From a virus (lineage: Duplodnaviria > Heunggongvirae > Uroviricota > Caudoviricetes), in the IMG/VR virus record IMGVR_UViG_3300047272_000350, positions 58,876 to 122,875 of that record: a stretch of DNA of 64,000 nucleotides; one strand, given 5' to 3'. The notes beneath the pieces are model-generated. The model was not told the DNA's origin. It saw nothing but the letters and a program-made list of their open reading frames with translations, and ran no database searches. Positions 49,521 to 58,866 of the stretch are shown piece by piece (positions within the stretch are counted from its first letter, which is position 1; each line of letters opens with the position of its first letter). The position numbers and the translations under genes were made by a program.

Positions 49521-50228
49521 TTATTCTCCGCTGTGGTGGTCCACTTCTATTGTTACATCTCTCTTTTTCATTATTTCTTTCAACTCCTGGAAGCTGTAAG
49601 GTCTAAACTCAGGGTGTGTATCAAAACCTACATCCATAGTTCTATAACTTTTTGTGTAATACTGATCCCCTATCCAATCAGGGTTAGCTGTCAATGGTGT
49701 AAACTCATCTAAGCTGCCATGGCTATGTCCATAAAGCATCCACGATCCTCTAAAAGACTTATTCCAAACCCTCATAGCATAGTGGCACAATACAAGATTA
49801 TATCTCAATGGGACTTCTCCTTGCTCTTTTGGTTGGTCTATAATCAGAACCTCTAAGTAAGGGTTTACAGATGCAAACAACTCTTTCTCCCCATTCTTGT
49901 TTTTAGCAATCTCCGTATCGTGATTCCCAAGTACCAAGTGTACATTTTTGCATATAATTTGTTCACGAAATTTTTTTATATTACTTACGTTATCTCCATT
50001 TTTGTAACCTCCAAAACTCCAATCTCCAAGACAGAATAATATGTCGTCTTCTCCAACAGTTTTGTTTATATTGTCGATTAAAGTTTGGTCATGCTCCTCT
50101 AGTGTATCGAAATCACGACACCCTTTTTTACCTTCCCAAGTGGAAGTGCCACGCACAATTCCGGCATGCCCATAGTGGGGATCTGAACAGAAAAATATAT
50201 TCTGTTTGTTGTTAATTTGTAGTTTCAT
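49521..50228 (-). CDS. PPP-family metallophosphatase (Ser/Thr phosphatase / ApaH-like, 235 aa).
   Basis: Motifs SDPHYGH (DxH), LGDWSFGG (GDxxxRG-like), LGNHD (GNH[DE]) and GHSH. Confidence 0.7.
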   Translation of the reverse strand: MKLQINNKQNIFFCSDPHYGHAGIVRGTSTWEGKKGCRDFDTLEEHDQTLIDNINKTVGEDDILFCLGDWSFGGYKNGDNVSNIKKFREQIICKNVHLVLGNHDTEIAKNKNGEKELFASVNPYLEVLIIDQPKEQGEVPLRYNLVLCHYAMRVWNKSFRGSWMLYGHSHGSLDEFTPLTANPDWIGDQYYTKSYRTMDVGFDTHPEFRPYSFQELKEIMKKRDVTIEVDHHSGE

Positions 50229-50229
50229 A

Positions 50230-51321
50230 TTACTTATCTAATCTAAAACCTACACAAACAGGAAAACGTGGAATACCTTCTTCTGAATATTCAAAGAAAC
50301 GTATTTCAGCAACTTGTCCTATATATTCGTGTTTGTTAGTTAATATTAATTCTCTTTCTTCGTGGGAAAATTTCATACCGGTGCTAAAAGTTTCTCCGTT
50401 TTTTAATTCACATACACATATGCCTTGCTCAGGCCTTTTGTCAGATGGTATTACATCAACTACTTTACAAGCAATGTCAATGAAGTCTTTGTACTTTAGC
50501 AATGATGAACTTCTTTTATTTATAGCATAACCTTCTTGGCTATGTCTAACAATACTTCCTTCGTAACCCTCTCCGATAAAAACTGAATGTAGGTCTTTTA
50601 TATCCTCCATAGTATTTAACCTAATAGTTCTAACTTGTAGTATCTTCTCATTTCTCAAAGCTTCTACAATTTTAGTTATTAACCAAAGTCTTTGTTCGTA
50701 CTTATCATCAGGTAAAACCACATCATACACATTATAACAAAGCTGTTCTGTTTCACCTTTTCTGTACTTTTTAACCATCCTCATATTTTCTTGGAAAGTT
50801 TTACCATGTGCATAGATTTCTCCATCTAAAACAATGTCCTCTCTTTGAGTAAGCGGCATCAATGCATCTATGATATGTTGACAGTTATCAATAATTTTAC
50901 CTTGTCTTGACATCAATGTCACAGTACCATCTTTAATTACAGCTAAACATCTCATACCATCAAATTTAGGCTGTATGTACACAGGTAACCCCCAATCTAT
51001 CTTTTGTAACTCATCACCAAAAGACTTTGCTAACATAGGTAAAACAACTTCTTCAGTTTTAGCTTCACCTATTGTTTCAAAATAACCGGCAGTCATCTTT
51101 TTCTCAATCTTTGATTTAGCCTCTAATACAGCCTGTTCTTCCGGAGTAGTCTCGTTAGCTTTACCTATGTTCTTACCTTTACTAACACTTTTATTAAGTA
51201 CTTTGGCTCCTCCAAGAACTCCTGACTCTTGGTATAATTCAGAGCCTATTGTATAGATGCGTAAAGTTCTTATTTTACCAGAGCTATCTTTCTTATAAAT
51301 TTCTTTTTCGTAATTCATCAT
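50230..51321 (-). CDS. ATP-dependent DNA ligase (363 aa).
   Basis: Adenylation motif I IQPKFDGMRCLA (KxDGxR). Motif IV EGYEGSIVR. Motif V SLLKYKDF. Confidence 0.8.
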   Translation of the reverse strand: MMNYEKEIYKKDSSGKIRTLRIYTIGSELYQESGVLGGAKVLNKSVSKGKNIGKANETTPEEQAVLEAKSKIEKKMTAGYFETIGEAKTEEVVLPMLAKSFGDELQKIDWGLPVYIQPKFDGMRCLAVIKDGTVTLMSRQGKIIDNCQHIIDALMPLTQREDIVLDGEIYAHGKTFQENMRMVKKYRKGETEQLCYNVYDVVLPDDKYEQRLWLITKIVEALRNEKILQVRTIRLNTMEDIKDLHSVFIGEGYEGSIVRHSQEGYAINKRSSSLLKYKDFIDIACKVVDVIPSDKRPEQGICVCELKNGETFSTGMKFSHEERELILTNKHEYIGQVAEIRFFEYSEEGIPRFPVCVGFRLDK

Positions 51322-51341
51322 TTTATATTATTTAGTTTTGT

Positions 51342-51944
51342 TTATTGCTCTAAACTTTCTGGGTAGTAAAGCAGTGTTGGGTTTTTCTTTTGAATATCAA
51401 TATCTGGGTATCTATCACCAAATGATTTAACATCAAATCTCTCTGTTATTAAATGAAATCCATTTTTAGTTGGTATTGTGTTTATAACTTTATTACCAAT
51501 AGGTCTAAGATTATAGATAAATTCAGCAACCTCAACCAATTCTTCAAGGTCTTTAGTATCAATATCAACAATCCATCTTTTCTCTTGCGTTTTTATCTGC
51601 CCCACTACTGAATCAAACAACCCCTTTTGATTATGGCTCCCATTCTGAATCTTTTGTGCCAAAGCAGACATCATACTTAATGACACATCAAAATGATTTT
51701 GTTTTTGAACATGAATATAAGCCCTTGCTTTGAACATCTCACATAACTGAACTATCTCATCGTATCTTCTTTCTAGGTGTTCAATACTCTCAATACAATA
51801 TGTTTTTATTGTTCTTACAGATTGATGGTTGTCTCTTTCTCCTTCCGGTTGGTCTTTCTTACGCTTGAAGATGTACAACATATAGAAGTCTCCTTTACTT
51901 TCGTAATTAAGCAACGGTTTTATTGAATTTAGATTATTTATCAT
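51342..51944 (-). CDS. Hypothetical protein (200 aa).
   Basis: ORF in array. Confidence 0.45.
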   Translation of the reverse strand: MINNLNSIKPLLNYESKGDFYMLYIFKRKKDQPEGERDNHQSVRTIKTYCIESIEHLERRYDEIVQLCEMFKARAYIHVQKQNHFDVSLSMMSALAQKIQNGSHNQKGLFDSVVGQIKTQEKRWIVDIDTKDLEELVEVAEFIYNLRPIGNKVINTIPTKNGFHLITERFDVKSFGDRYPDIDIQKKNPTLLYYPESLEQ

Positions 51945-52470
51945 GTCTCATTTTTTGTATTACCTGCTTTAATAATTTACTATAACCCCCTCCCTCAGCA
52001 TAAACTTGGTCTAAGTAAGAAAAGTATTGTTCTCTTGTTAGTTTAGATAGGTACTGAGCTTCATATAAGGCTCTGTCAGCTACGCAATCCTTCCAATTAG
52101 TATAATACGCATGATTTAGATTTGAGCCCTGTGCAGTGCTTATTCTACGTAATGCTTGTCTCATACCAAACATATTGTGGTTTTGCTTAAATACCGGTGA
52201 TTTAAAATGCCCACTTTCTAGAATAGCCTGGGCCATCACAATATCGGGGTACTTAAAAGAGTACTTTTCTACTTCTAGGAATAACTTATCTTTAGAGAAG
52301 TCCTCGTTAGTTTTTAAAATAACTTCTTTCTCTGCACTAACCACAACAACCTCTTTTAAAACAAAAGAGCTTAATGTAAACACTACTAATAAAGAAAAGG
52401 TAATCATACCAATATACTTCCAAATATTTACTCTCTCGTAAATTAAACTGTCTTTGTTAAATTTATACAT
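51934..52470 (-). CDS. Peptidoglycan hydrolase (endolysin) with glucosaminidase (FlgJ-like) domain and N-terminal signal-anchor (178 aa).
   Basis: N-terminal TM IGMITFSLLVVFTLSSFVL. MAQAILESGHFKSPVFKQNHNMFGM matches the ...AILESGwG.S.L...NN.FGI glucosaminidase core. Confidence 0.6.
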   Translation of the reverse strand: MYKFNKDSLIYERVNIWKYIGMITFSLLVVFTLSSFVLKEVVVVSAEKEVILKTNEDFSKDKLFLEVEKYSFKYPDIVMAQAILESGHFKSPVFKQNHNMFGMRQALRRISTAQGSNLNHAYYTNWKDCVADRALYEAQYLSKLTREQYFSYLDQVYAEGGGYSKLLKQVIQKMRHDK

Positions 52471-52473
52471 ATC

Positions 52474-53139
52474 TTATTTCTTTTTAAATTTTTCAAATAA
52501 TTCATTTATCATTTCGCCATCAATCATAATACCATAGTGATTACCATATTCTCCAATGATTTTATAAACCAATTCTCCAACTTCCTCCTGATTATACAGC
52601 TTATTTTTTGTAAAATTAAACTGCCCAATCTCATCTATAAGAAACTTACTAGGCTTACCCCCATCTAGTATTTTACTAACTGTTTTTGAACCTGACATTC
52701 TTTCTTGTTTTAAAAATTCTTCTTGTGGAATGATAATTCTGTACTCTCCAATAGGAGTGTTTCCGTCCAACCCTCTGCAAGCAAATAAAACCTCAACCTC
52801 CTCACAACTCGGATTCTCGATAAACCATTCAATAAAATCATCATCAATAGCTTGAACTCCATCTTTAATTAAGTCTTGGTCTGTTGTTAGTATGATTTTC
52901 TTTTCATTTGATAGATATTTTCCCATATTTTCAAATGATGTTTTTACTTCATTAGTATCAATATCTAAATAGTACTCACCATATCTTTTAATTTCTTCTG
53001 AATTAGTGATGTAGATGTTTTGATTAGTATTAAAATTATTAGTTTGTTTAAATTCTATATCAGTAAATGATAATTCATTATCAATACTTTTATATAACCT
53101 ACTCGGTTTTTCCGTTGGTAATACGTGTATGTTTTTCAT
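52474..53139 (-). CDS. Hypothetical protein (221 aa).
   Basis: ORF adjacent to the endolysin. Confidence 0.45.
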   Translation of the reverse strand: MKNIHVLPTEKPSRLYKSIDNELSFTDIEFKQTNNFNTNQNIYITNSEEIKRYGEYYLDIDTNEVKTSFENMGKYLSNEKKIILTTDQDLIKDGVQAIDDDFIEWFIENPSCEEVEVLFACRGLDGNTPIGEYRIIIPQEEFLKQERMSGSKTVSKILDGGKPSKFLIDEIGQFNFTKNKLYNQEEVGELVYKIIGEYGNHYGIMIDGEMINELFEKFKKK

Positions 53140-53430
53140 ACCTTATTTGTTTTTACATTTGTGAATAATGTTTTTAAAGCCTATTAATCCATAAATCCAT
53201 TCATTAAATCTTCCTATCCAACCTATGCATTCTCCGCATTTTTGGCAACAATAAATTTGATGTTTTTTCATATTTATTTGTTTTTAAATTATTAAAACCA
53301 TTCTTTTTGGCATTTACTACATTCGTATATTTGTGAGCCATTATACTCATAAGTATTTTTCATAATACTGTTACAACAAGGACTTTTAAACTTAAAAAAA
53401 TCTAAAAATTTTTGAAATATCTTTTTCATA

Positions 53431-53637
53431 TTAGTTAATGTATTTACGTTTAAAATCTGTTTCTTTTTTATTAAGCACTATGATATACCTTTCTCCACTC
53501 TTTGTCTTGTAGACTTGGTATCTTTCAGTACCCATATAGTACCACTCGTTTGTGTAAGAATGCTCTTTTATTCTTTGTTCTACTGAGGAGCAAGACATTG
53601 CTAAAACTCCCATAAAAATCAATACTAAATTTTTCAT
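53431..53637 (-). CDS. Small lipoprotein (68 aa). Possible o-spanin-like or exclusion lipoprotein.
   Basis: Signal peptide with lipobox MKNLVLIFMGVLAMSCSS. Confidence 0.45.
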   Translation of the reverse strand: MKNLVLIFMGVLAMSCSSVEQRIKEHSYTNEWYYMGTERYQVYKTKSGERYIIVLNKKETDFKRKYIN

Positions 53638-53951
53638 ACTAAATCTTCTTCTTTAATGTTAAACTCATCACAATAACCTTTACATAATTTTGAAGGCCTC
53701 CAACCACAAGTAAAAACTGTTTTAATTTGCTCTTCCCTAGGCAACATTTTTGTATCTTCAACTTCCGGATCAATTACCCCATTAAGCTTATCTACTACAC
53801 TTGGGCAATTCTTACAAGGTACTTTGTGTATCTCTTTGTTTCTATTAGGGTACATTCTTTCGATAGCTTGATGCTTTTCGATATGTTTCTGTATCATCAA
53901 TTTTGTATCCATAATTAAAAAGCTATTCGTTGTTGTAAATCTTCTACCCAA
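53634..53951 (-). CDS. Hypothetical Cys-rich protein (105 aa).
   Basis: CKNCPS...CGW...CKGYC. Confidence 0.4.
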   Translation of the reverse strand: MGRRFTTTNSFLIMDTKLMIQKHIEKHQAIERMYPNRNKEIHKVPCKNCPSVVDKLNGVIDPEVEDTKMLPREEQIKTVFTCGWRPSKLCKGYCDEFNIKEEDLV

Positions 53952-54283
53952 TCTTCTAATTCATCTATCCTAACATTTGCTCTCATCAACTCATGCTCTG
54001 ACTCATCTACTTTGTCAATCAAAGCATCTCTTTCCTTTTCTAAACTTTGCAAATCCCGGTACAAATCATTACCCCAGTTTCTGAGTTCTAAATTAGCTGC
54101 TCTAATGTCTTCCATAACACCTAAAGCAAAGTAAAAGTCTATATCATTATCTTCATTAGAAAACTCCTCTCTAAACCCCTCTATGTATCCTACCACATCA
54201 TTTATAATTGGACATGTGTTTTTGATAGGTGCATTGTCATCATAATATGCCATAATTTTTAATGTTTTAATTTCACTTTGCAA
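53915..54283 (-). CDS. Hypothetical coiled-coil protein (122 aa).
   Basis: Heptad-like C-terminal region. Preceded by a promoter cassette. Confidence 0.4.
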   Translation of the reverse strand: MQSEIKTLKIMAYYDDNAPIKNTCPIINDVVGYIEGFREEFSNEDNDIDFYFALGVMEDIRAANLELRNWGNDLYRDLQSLEKERDALIDKVDESEHELMRANVRIDELEDWVEDLQQRIAF

Positions 54284-54343
54284 AGATATGGAGAATATTT
54301 AACATGTGCAAGAAAAAGTTAAACTTTTTTTAATAAAATAAAA

Positions 54344-54375
54344 AAACCCCCCATTTCTGGAGGGCTAAAAACAAA
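54344..54375 (-). terminator. Putative intrinsic terminator downstream of nrdA.
   Basis: Minus-strand GCCCTCC-agaaat-GGGGGG followed by T7. Confidence 0.45.
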
Positions 54376-54392
54376 AAAAATAATAAAATTAA

Positions 54393-56039
54393 TTAACCTT
54401 CACAACTAGAACACTCCATTAAGTCTCTACTAACTTGTTGTGCCATATTAACACTTCTTTGGTAGTACAATGTTTTTATTCCTAGTTTCCAAGACTCAAA
54501 GAACAAAGCGTTAACTTCCTTCAAAGAGGTGTCAGGGTGTATCATTAAGTTTAATGACTGACCTTGATCAATAAATTTCTGTCTTTGTGCAGCTTGTTGC
54601 ACTATTTCTAATTGGCTTATCTCACCAAATGTTTTGAATACTAACTTTTCTTTTTCATCTAAAATGTCTAAGTGCTGTACTGAACCCCCTTTTAATAAGA
54701 TGCTGTTCCATACCTCTGGAGTATCTTGTTCTTTATCTTTCAATAACTTTTTTAAGTAAGGGTTTCTGTAAACAAACTTACCTTTAGCTAAATCTTTGAT
54801 AAAGTAGTTAGACTGCAACGGCTCAATACTTGGACTAACTTGTCCTAAGATAAAAGAAGAACTAGTAGTAGGGGCAATCGCTAGTCTAGTTGTAAATCTT
54901 TGACCATAGCCTTTTAACATTTCAGGCTCTCCAAACATAGTTGCTAACTGCATACTTGCAATTAAACTTTTATCGTTGATAGTTCTAAAAATCTCAGCAT
55001 TCAACATCTTAGCCTCAAGTCCTTCAAAAGGAATAAGTTTAGATTGTAAGAAACTGTGCCATCCAAGAACTCCAATACCGATACTTCTGTGTTCTTTTGC
55101 GAACAATAAAGCCTTCTCCATAAATGGAATACCATCTGCCTTTTGGATAAACTCAGAATAAACTGCATCTAAGAAGTAAGCTAAAGTTTCAACTGCATCT
55201 GTTTGAACCATCTCATCCCAATGTAAAAGGTTCAATGAAGATAAACAACAAACAAATGATTTATGCTCATCTGTATATTCTAAGATTTCTGTACACATCT
55301 GAGAGTGGTTAATATCCATCTCTTTATCTTTGTACACTTTAGGCTTATTCTTGTTTACATTACCGGTAAAGAAGATGTAAGGAAACCCTGATTCTGCTCT
55401 TTTTTGGTGTATCTTAGCTAAGATTTTTCTTTTATCTTTATCTCCGGCCTCTGCTGACTCCATCCATTCATCCGGTATACATACCCCTAAAGCAATGTTT
55501 TGGATAATGTGCCCTTCGTTTCTACATTGTAAAAACTCTTCAATATCTGGGTGATCAACAGGTAAGTAAGCAGCAAAATAACCTCTTCTTGCTTGACCTT
55601 GTGTAATAACATCTGTTGTTGTTTGGAAAGGTAGTAAGAAACTAACAGCTCCGTTTGAAACTCCATTGTTACGAATAGGTGCACCTCTACCTCTTAACTT
55701 ACCGAAGTAACCGGCAGTACCACCTCCCATTTTAGTTAAGGCACCAATCTCAGCTGTTGCTCTTAAAATATCCATTGTGTCATCTTGAATGTCAATTCCA
55801 TAACAAGATATAGGTAACCCTCTATCAAGGCCAAAATTCATCCAAACCGGTGTAGCTAATGAATAAAATCCTTTAGCCATGTATCCGTAGAATTTATCTG
55901 AAAACCCTTCAATACCTAATATATTTTCTGCTGTATCTGCTATTTGTCTGATACGTTCTTCAGGGGTAACCCCCTCTAATAAGTAGTCTTTTTCAAGAAA
56001 TGCTCTTGAGTCTTTGTTTAACCAATTAAAATCTTCCAT
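54393..56039 (-). CDS. nrdA: Ribonucleotide reductase class I large subunit (NrdA-like, 548 aa, no ATP-cone).
   Basis: Catalytic core SQMCTEI (SNLCTEI-like), LATPVWMNFG, and a C-terminal CSSCEG redox Cys pair. Shorter than cellular NrdA, which fits loss of the ATP-cone. Confidence 0.8.
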   Translation of the reverse strand: MEDFNWLNKDSRAFLEKDYLLEGVTPEERIRQIADTAENILGIEGFSDKFYGYMAKGFYSLATPVWMNFGLDRGLPISCYGIDIQDDTMDILRATAEIGALTKMGGGTAGYFGKLRGRGAPIRNNGVSNGAVSFLLPFQTTTDVITQGQARRGYFAAYLPVDHPDIEEFLQCRNEGHIIQNIALGVCIPDEWMESAEAGDKDKRKILAKIHQKRAESGFPYIFFTGNVNKNKPKVYKDKEMDINHSQMCTEILEYTDEHKSFVCCLSSLNLLHWDEMVQTDAVETLAYFLDAVYSEFIQKADGIPFMEKALLFAKEHRSIGIGVLGWHSFLQSKLIPFEGLEAKMLNAEIFRTINDKSLIASMQLATMFGEPEMLKGYGQRFTTRLAIAPTTSSSFILGQVSPSIEPLQSNYFIKDLAKGKFVYRNPYLKKLLKDKEQDTPEVWNSILLKGGSVQHLDILDEKEKLVFKTFGEISQLEIVQQAAQRQKFIDQGQSLNLMIHPDTSLKEVNALFFESWKLGIKTLYYQRSVNMAQQVSRDLMECSSCEG

Positions 56040-56040
56040 C

Positions 56041-57018
56041 TTAAAATAAATCTTCTTCGTTATACGTTTTCATTTTTTTACTATAATCAATAGGCTTTTT
56101 GTGAAAGAAGTCTGTTAAAGCACTTGCGTAAACTTCCTCTTCCATCCAAAGAGTTTCTTCTCTAATTGCAGGGTCAACTTCAAAAGCAGTCTCCATTCCA
56201 ATTTTCTCTAAGGCATCATTTAATCTAATCTGTACATATCCTTTCAAGATACGAGCTGATAAAAAATCATTTTCATAACCTTCTAGAATCCAATCAATCA
56301 AATCTGACTCAGCCTTGTAAGCCTCTAGGACTTCACTTTGTATTTTTTGTATGAACTCTTCATCAAATAACTCTGGGTGTTCTGCTCTAATTTGGTTAAG
56401 TAAAGCAATACCACCTTCGGCATGTAAGTTCTCTTCTTTTGAAGTGTACTGAACAACATTTGCCACATCTTTTAATACTCCTCTAAATCTGTTGAAACCT
56501 AGAATAGTGTAGAATTGTGAAAATAAAGCCGTATATTCTGTGAATAATGTAAATAAAACTAAAGAATAGCAAATATTCTTATGGTCATTCTTATATATCT
56601 TGTTGATATACTTTGTTAAATAATTTACTCGACCTACGATTACCGGCTCAGTAAATAAATCTTCAAACTGCTCTTCAAGACCTAACTTTGAAAGTATCTC
56701 TGCATAGGCTTTTGAATGCACTACTTCTACTCCACCAAACACTGCTCCCATGTCAGCTATTTCCGGTTTTGGTAAAAGTTTACCGATACTAGACCAATAG
56801 GATTTCACAGCTACTTCTACTTGTGAAGTTAGTAGTATGGCTCTCTTTACTACTCCTTGTTCTTCGGTTGTTAATTTTGTTTTGTAATCTTGGATGTCGT
56901 TCAAAAAATTGAACTCATTGTGAGTCCAGTGTCCGGCCCACATTGCATTGATTAATGGATCTGTAATGCCACTATACTCGAATGGCTTGTAATTTTTTCT
57001 CTCTGTGAAGATGCTCAT
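56041..57018 (-). CDS. nrdB: Ribonucleotide reductase class I small subunit (NrdB, 325 aa).
   Basis: Diiron-ligand motifs EVVHSKAY and EENLHAEGG. Stop is 2 nt from the nrdA start. Confidence 0.85.
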   Translation of the reverse strand: MSIFTERKNYKPFEYSGITDPLINAMWAGHWTHNEFNFLNDIQDYKTKLTTEEQGVVKRAILLTSQVEVAVKSYWSSIGKLLPKPEIADMGAVFGGVEVVHSKAYAEILSKLGLEEQFEDLFTEPVIVGRVNYLTKYINKIYKNDHKNICYSLVLFTLFTEYTALFSQFYTILGFNRFRGVLKDVANVVQYTSKEENLHAEGGIALLNQIRAEHPELFDEEFIQKIQSEVLEAYKAESDLIDWILEGYENDFLSARILKGYVQIRLNDALEKIGMETAFEVDPAIREETLWMEEEVYASALTDFFHKKPIDYSKKMKTYNEEDLF

Positions 57019-57093
57019 TGGTTTTTTATTATTTAATTATTAAAGGTAAAAAAAGTACCTCCTAGTTAAAAGAGGTACTCCGATATTAAGTTG

Positions 57094-57101
57094 CAAAGAT
57101 A
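57094..57101 (-). promoter_or_regulatory. -7 box (rc TATCTTTGCAAC) upstream of nrdB-nrdA.
   Basis: TAnnTTTG on minus strand, ~75 nt upstream of the nrdB ATG. Confidence 0.4.
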
Positions 57102-57136
57102 TAAAAATAAAACTATTTTTACAAATTAGTTAAATA

Positions 57137-57439
57137 TTACCATACCTCTCGTATGGAGTCAATTTTTGTTTCAACTCTTAACATAATTTCCCTTAATTCT
57201 TCTACAGATTTTGTATCTTTTGTTACAAGCTCTAAGTATTTATGGAGAACCATTGATACTCTAGGATAGTACCATTTGTCTACATAAAGGTATTCTTCTT
57301 CACCACTACCATCTTTTTTCTTTTTCATCCTAGTTTGTTCAAACAATAGTGTTAGCCCATGGTAGCCATCTGACTCTAGGAAGTAGTTTTCATCTAACTG
57401 AAATCTGTCTGTTTTTGTTTTTTTAAATAATTGGTTCAT
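57137..57439 (-). CDS. Hypothetical protein (100 aa).
   Basis: ORF directly downstream of a G5-loop-C5-T6 hairpin. Confidence 0.4.
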   Translation of the reverse strand: MNQLFKKTKTDRFQLDENYFLESDGYHGLTLLFEQTRMKKKKDGSGEEEYLYVDKWYYPRVSMVLHKYLELVTKDTKSVEELREIMLRVETKIDSIREVW

Positions 57440-57461
57440 TCTATATTAATTTTTGTTTTTA

Positions 57462-57490
57462 GTAAAAAAGGGGGGAATCGAACCCCCGAT
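57462..57490 (-). terminator. T-arm-like GC hairpin (GGGGG-TTCGATT-CCCCC) followed by T6. Terminator-like element, not a foldable tRNA.
   Basis: The stem-loop plus U-tract fits an intrinsic terminator. No acceptor or anticodon arms could be paired around it. Confidence 0.45.
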
Positions 57491-57746
57491 GCTAAGTCAC
57501 TTACTCCAACCAACTACTCCTTGTTACGTACCTTGAGCCTTTACGATTAGCCGTCACTTTAGTCCCACTCATAGTTTTTGGGGCGACCTCAACTACTACT
57601 TTTCCATTTTGATGTCTTTCCATCAGTCACTCGTTAGATTTTGCTCTCTAGACTTTATGAGTTAAGCCTTGTTAACCGTAAGCATTTCGGCCCGTCTGCA
57701 ACTCAACATAAACCTGTGACGAGTATTCCTTATCGTTTATGCCTTG

Positions 57747-58181
57747 CTAAATTTTGGTTATATGAGAGAATTTACCCCCACATTTTCTACTACAACATGG
57801 TGTTTTACCTTTTTGTAGTTTATGTTTTGTATTTCTAGATGGTCTTTTAAAAGACACTTCACAAATAGGACATACTAATTCTATCTCCTCTGCTAATTTT
57901 ATTTTATAGAATAAATCTTTTTTATCATTATTCTCTTTTTGAGATAATATTTGTAGATTTTCTATAACATCATTCATACAATTATTATCTATGTGGTCTA
58001 CATGTTCTTCCTTACTCAAAAATCTATTCTCCTTACAGCACATTAAATACCTAGCATAAGACATAGATGTTTTTGAACCGTCTTTTCTAACTAATAGTGT
58101 GACTCTCCTATTTTGAGTACTTATATTTACATAAGCTGCTTTAAAGTCTTCTAAAAAAGGTTCTTTTAATTCTATCTTCAT
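57747..58181 (-). CDS. HNH homing-type endonuclease with C-terminal zinc finger (144 aa).
   Basis: HVDHIDNNCMNDVIENLQILSQKENNDK (H-N-H core). C-terminal CPICE...CCSRKCGG. Confidence 0.6.
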   Translation of the reverse strand: MKIELKEPFLEDFKAAYVNISTQNRRVTLLVRKDGSKTSMSYARYLMCCKENRFLSKEEHVDHIDNNCMNDVIENLQILSQKENNDKKDLFYKIKLAEEIELVCPICEVSFKRPSRNTKHKLQKGKTPCCSRKCGGKFSHITKI

Positions 58182-58194
58182 AATTAAAAATTTG

Positions 58195-58269
58195 TGGACT
58201 CAGTGTGACTCGAACACACGACCTACGGTTTATGAGACCGTTGCTACTAACCAACTGAGCTATGAGTCC
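58195..58269 (-). tRNA. tRNA-Met (anticodon CAT). Could be initiator, elongator or a lysidine Ile type.
   Basis: Hand-folded rc sequence GGACTCA-TA-GCTCAGTTGGTTAGTAGCA-ACGGT-CTCATAA-ACCGT-AGGTC-GTGTG-TTCGAGT-CACAC-TGAGTCC-A. The 7-bp acceptor, anticodon stem and T-arm pair perfectly. The D-arm has one extra nucleotide. Confidence 0.75.
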
Positions 58270-58789
58270 AATTAGGGAGATGTCGCTCTCCCTAGGCGTG
58301 GTTAGGCTGCAAATCTTCTTTGCACACCACCAAGTTGGTAAACGTTGTCGTTTAATTTTGAAATTAGTTCTACTTACTACCTACTAGATTGCTGTCAAAA
58401 CCAGTCACCCCCTATTGTTACGTTTTTAAACAGAACGCTCCCTCAAACTGTTAGGTCTCTGATTTCTCAGCGACTCCACCACCTTGTTTATAGTTCAAGG
58501 AAACTCTTGTGGAGGTGGGGAGAATCGAACTCCCGTCCAAACAAAATTCAATAATACATCAACAAACTATTTCGATTAGGTAGAGGGACTCGAACCCTCA
58601 AGGACTTAAAAGAGTTTTGACATCCGGACTCTCAACTCTATGCCACACTGATCACAGTGCTTGTTTCCCCTTCCAACATACCTAAATGCTTGTCTTTCCA
58701 AACTGTCATTCCGTTATCAATAATTAAAACTAAGCTAAGACCATTGCAATCTTAGGGTTTAACCTGCCCTTGCTTGTTTTAGTTATTTG

Positions 58790-58866
58790 CAATAAAGACA
58801 GGATTCGAACCTGCAACCCTTTCAAGATTTCCCTTGAATGCTGTACCTACTTCAGCTTACTTTATC
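58790..58866 (-). tRNA. Probable tRNA with a non-canonical anticodon loop (8-nt loop GGGAAATC or a 6-bp stem with a 6-nt loop). Identity undetermined.
   Basis: rc: GATAAAG-TAA-GCTG-AAGTAGGTA-CAGC-A-TTCAA-GGGAAATC-TTGAA-AGGGTT-GCAGG-TTCGAAT-CCTGT-CTTTATT-G. Acceptor pairs 7/7 with one G-U. D-arm and T-arm fold. Anticodon-loop length is abnormal, so this could be a pseudo- or frameshift-type tRNA. Confidence 0.35.

Noticed and set aside
57462-57540. Initially read as a minus-strand tRNA because of a perfect GGTTCGATTCC T-arm.
   Set aside because: No 5' acceptor strand complementary to CTTTTTT, and no anticodon arm, could be found within 120 nt. The hairpin plus T6 is better explained as an intrinsic terminator.
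58505-58540. tmRNA-like 3' end (GGACGGGAG-TTCGATT-CTCCCCACCTCCA).
   Set aside because: No matching 5' acceptor (GGAGGTG/GGGG...) or tag-peptide reading frame was found in the upstream 400 nt. Other T-arm hairpins and a tRNA lie inside the would-be body. It is kept only as an orphan tRNA-like element in the findings.
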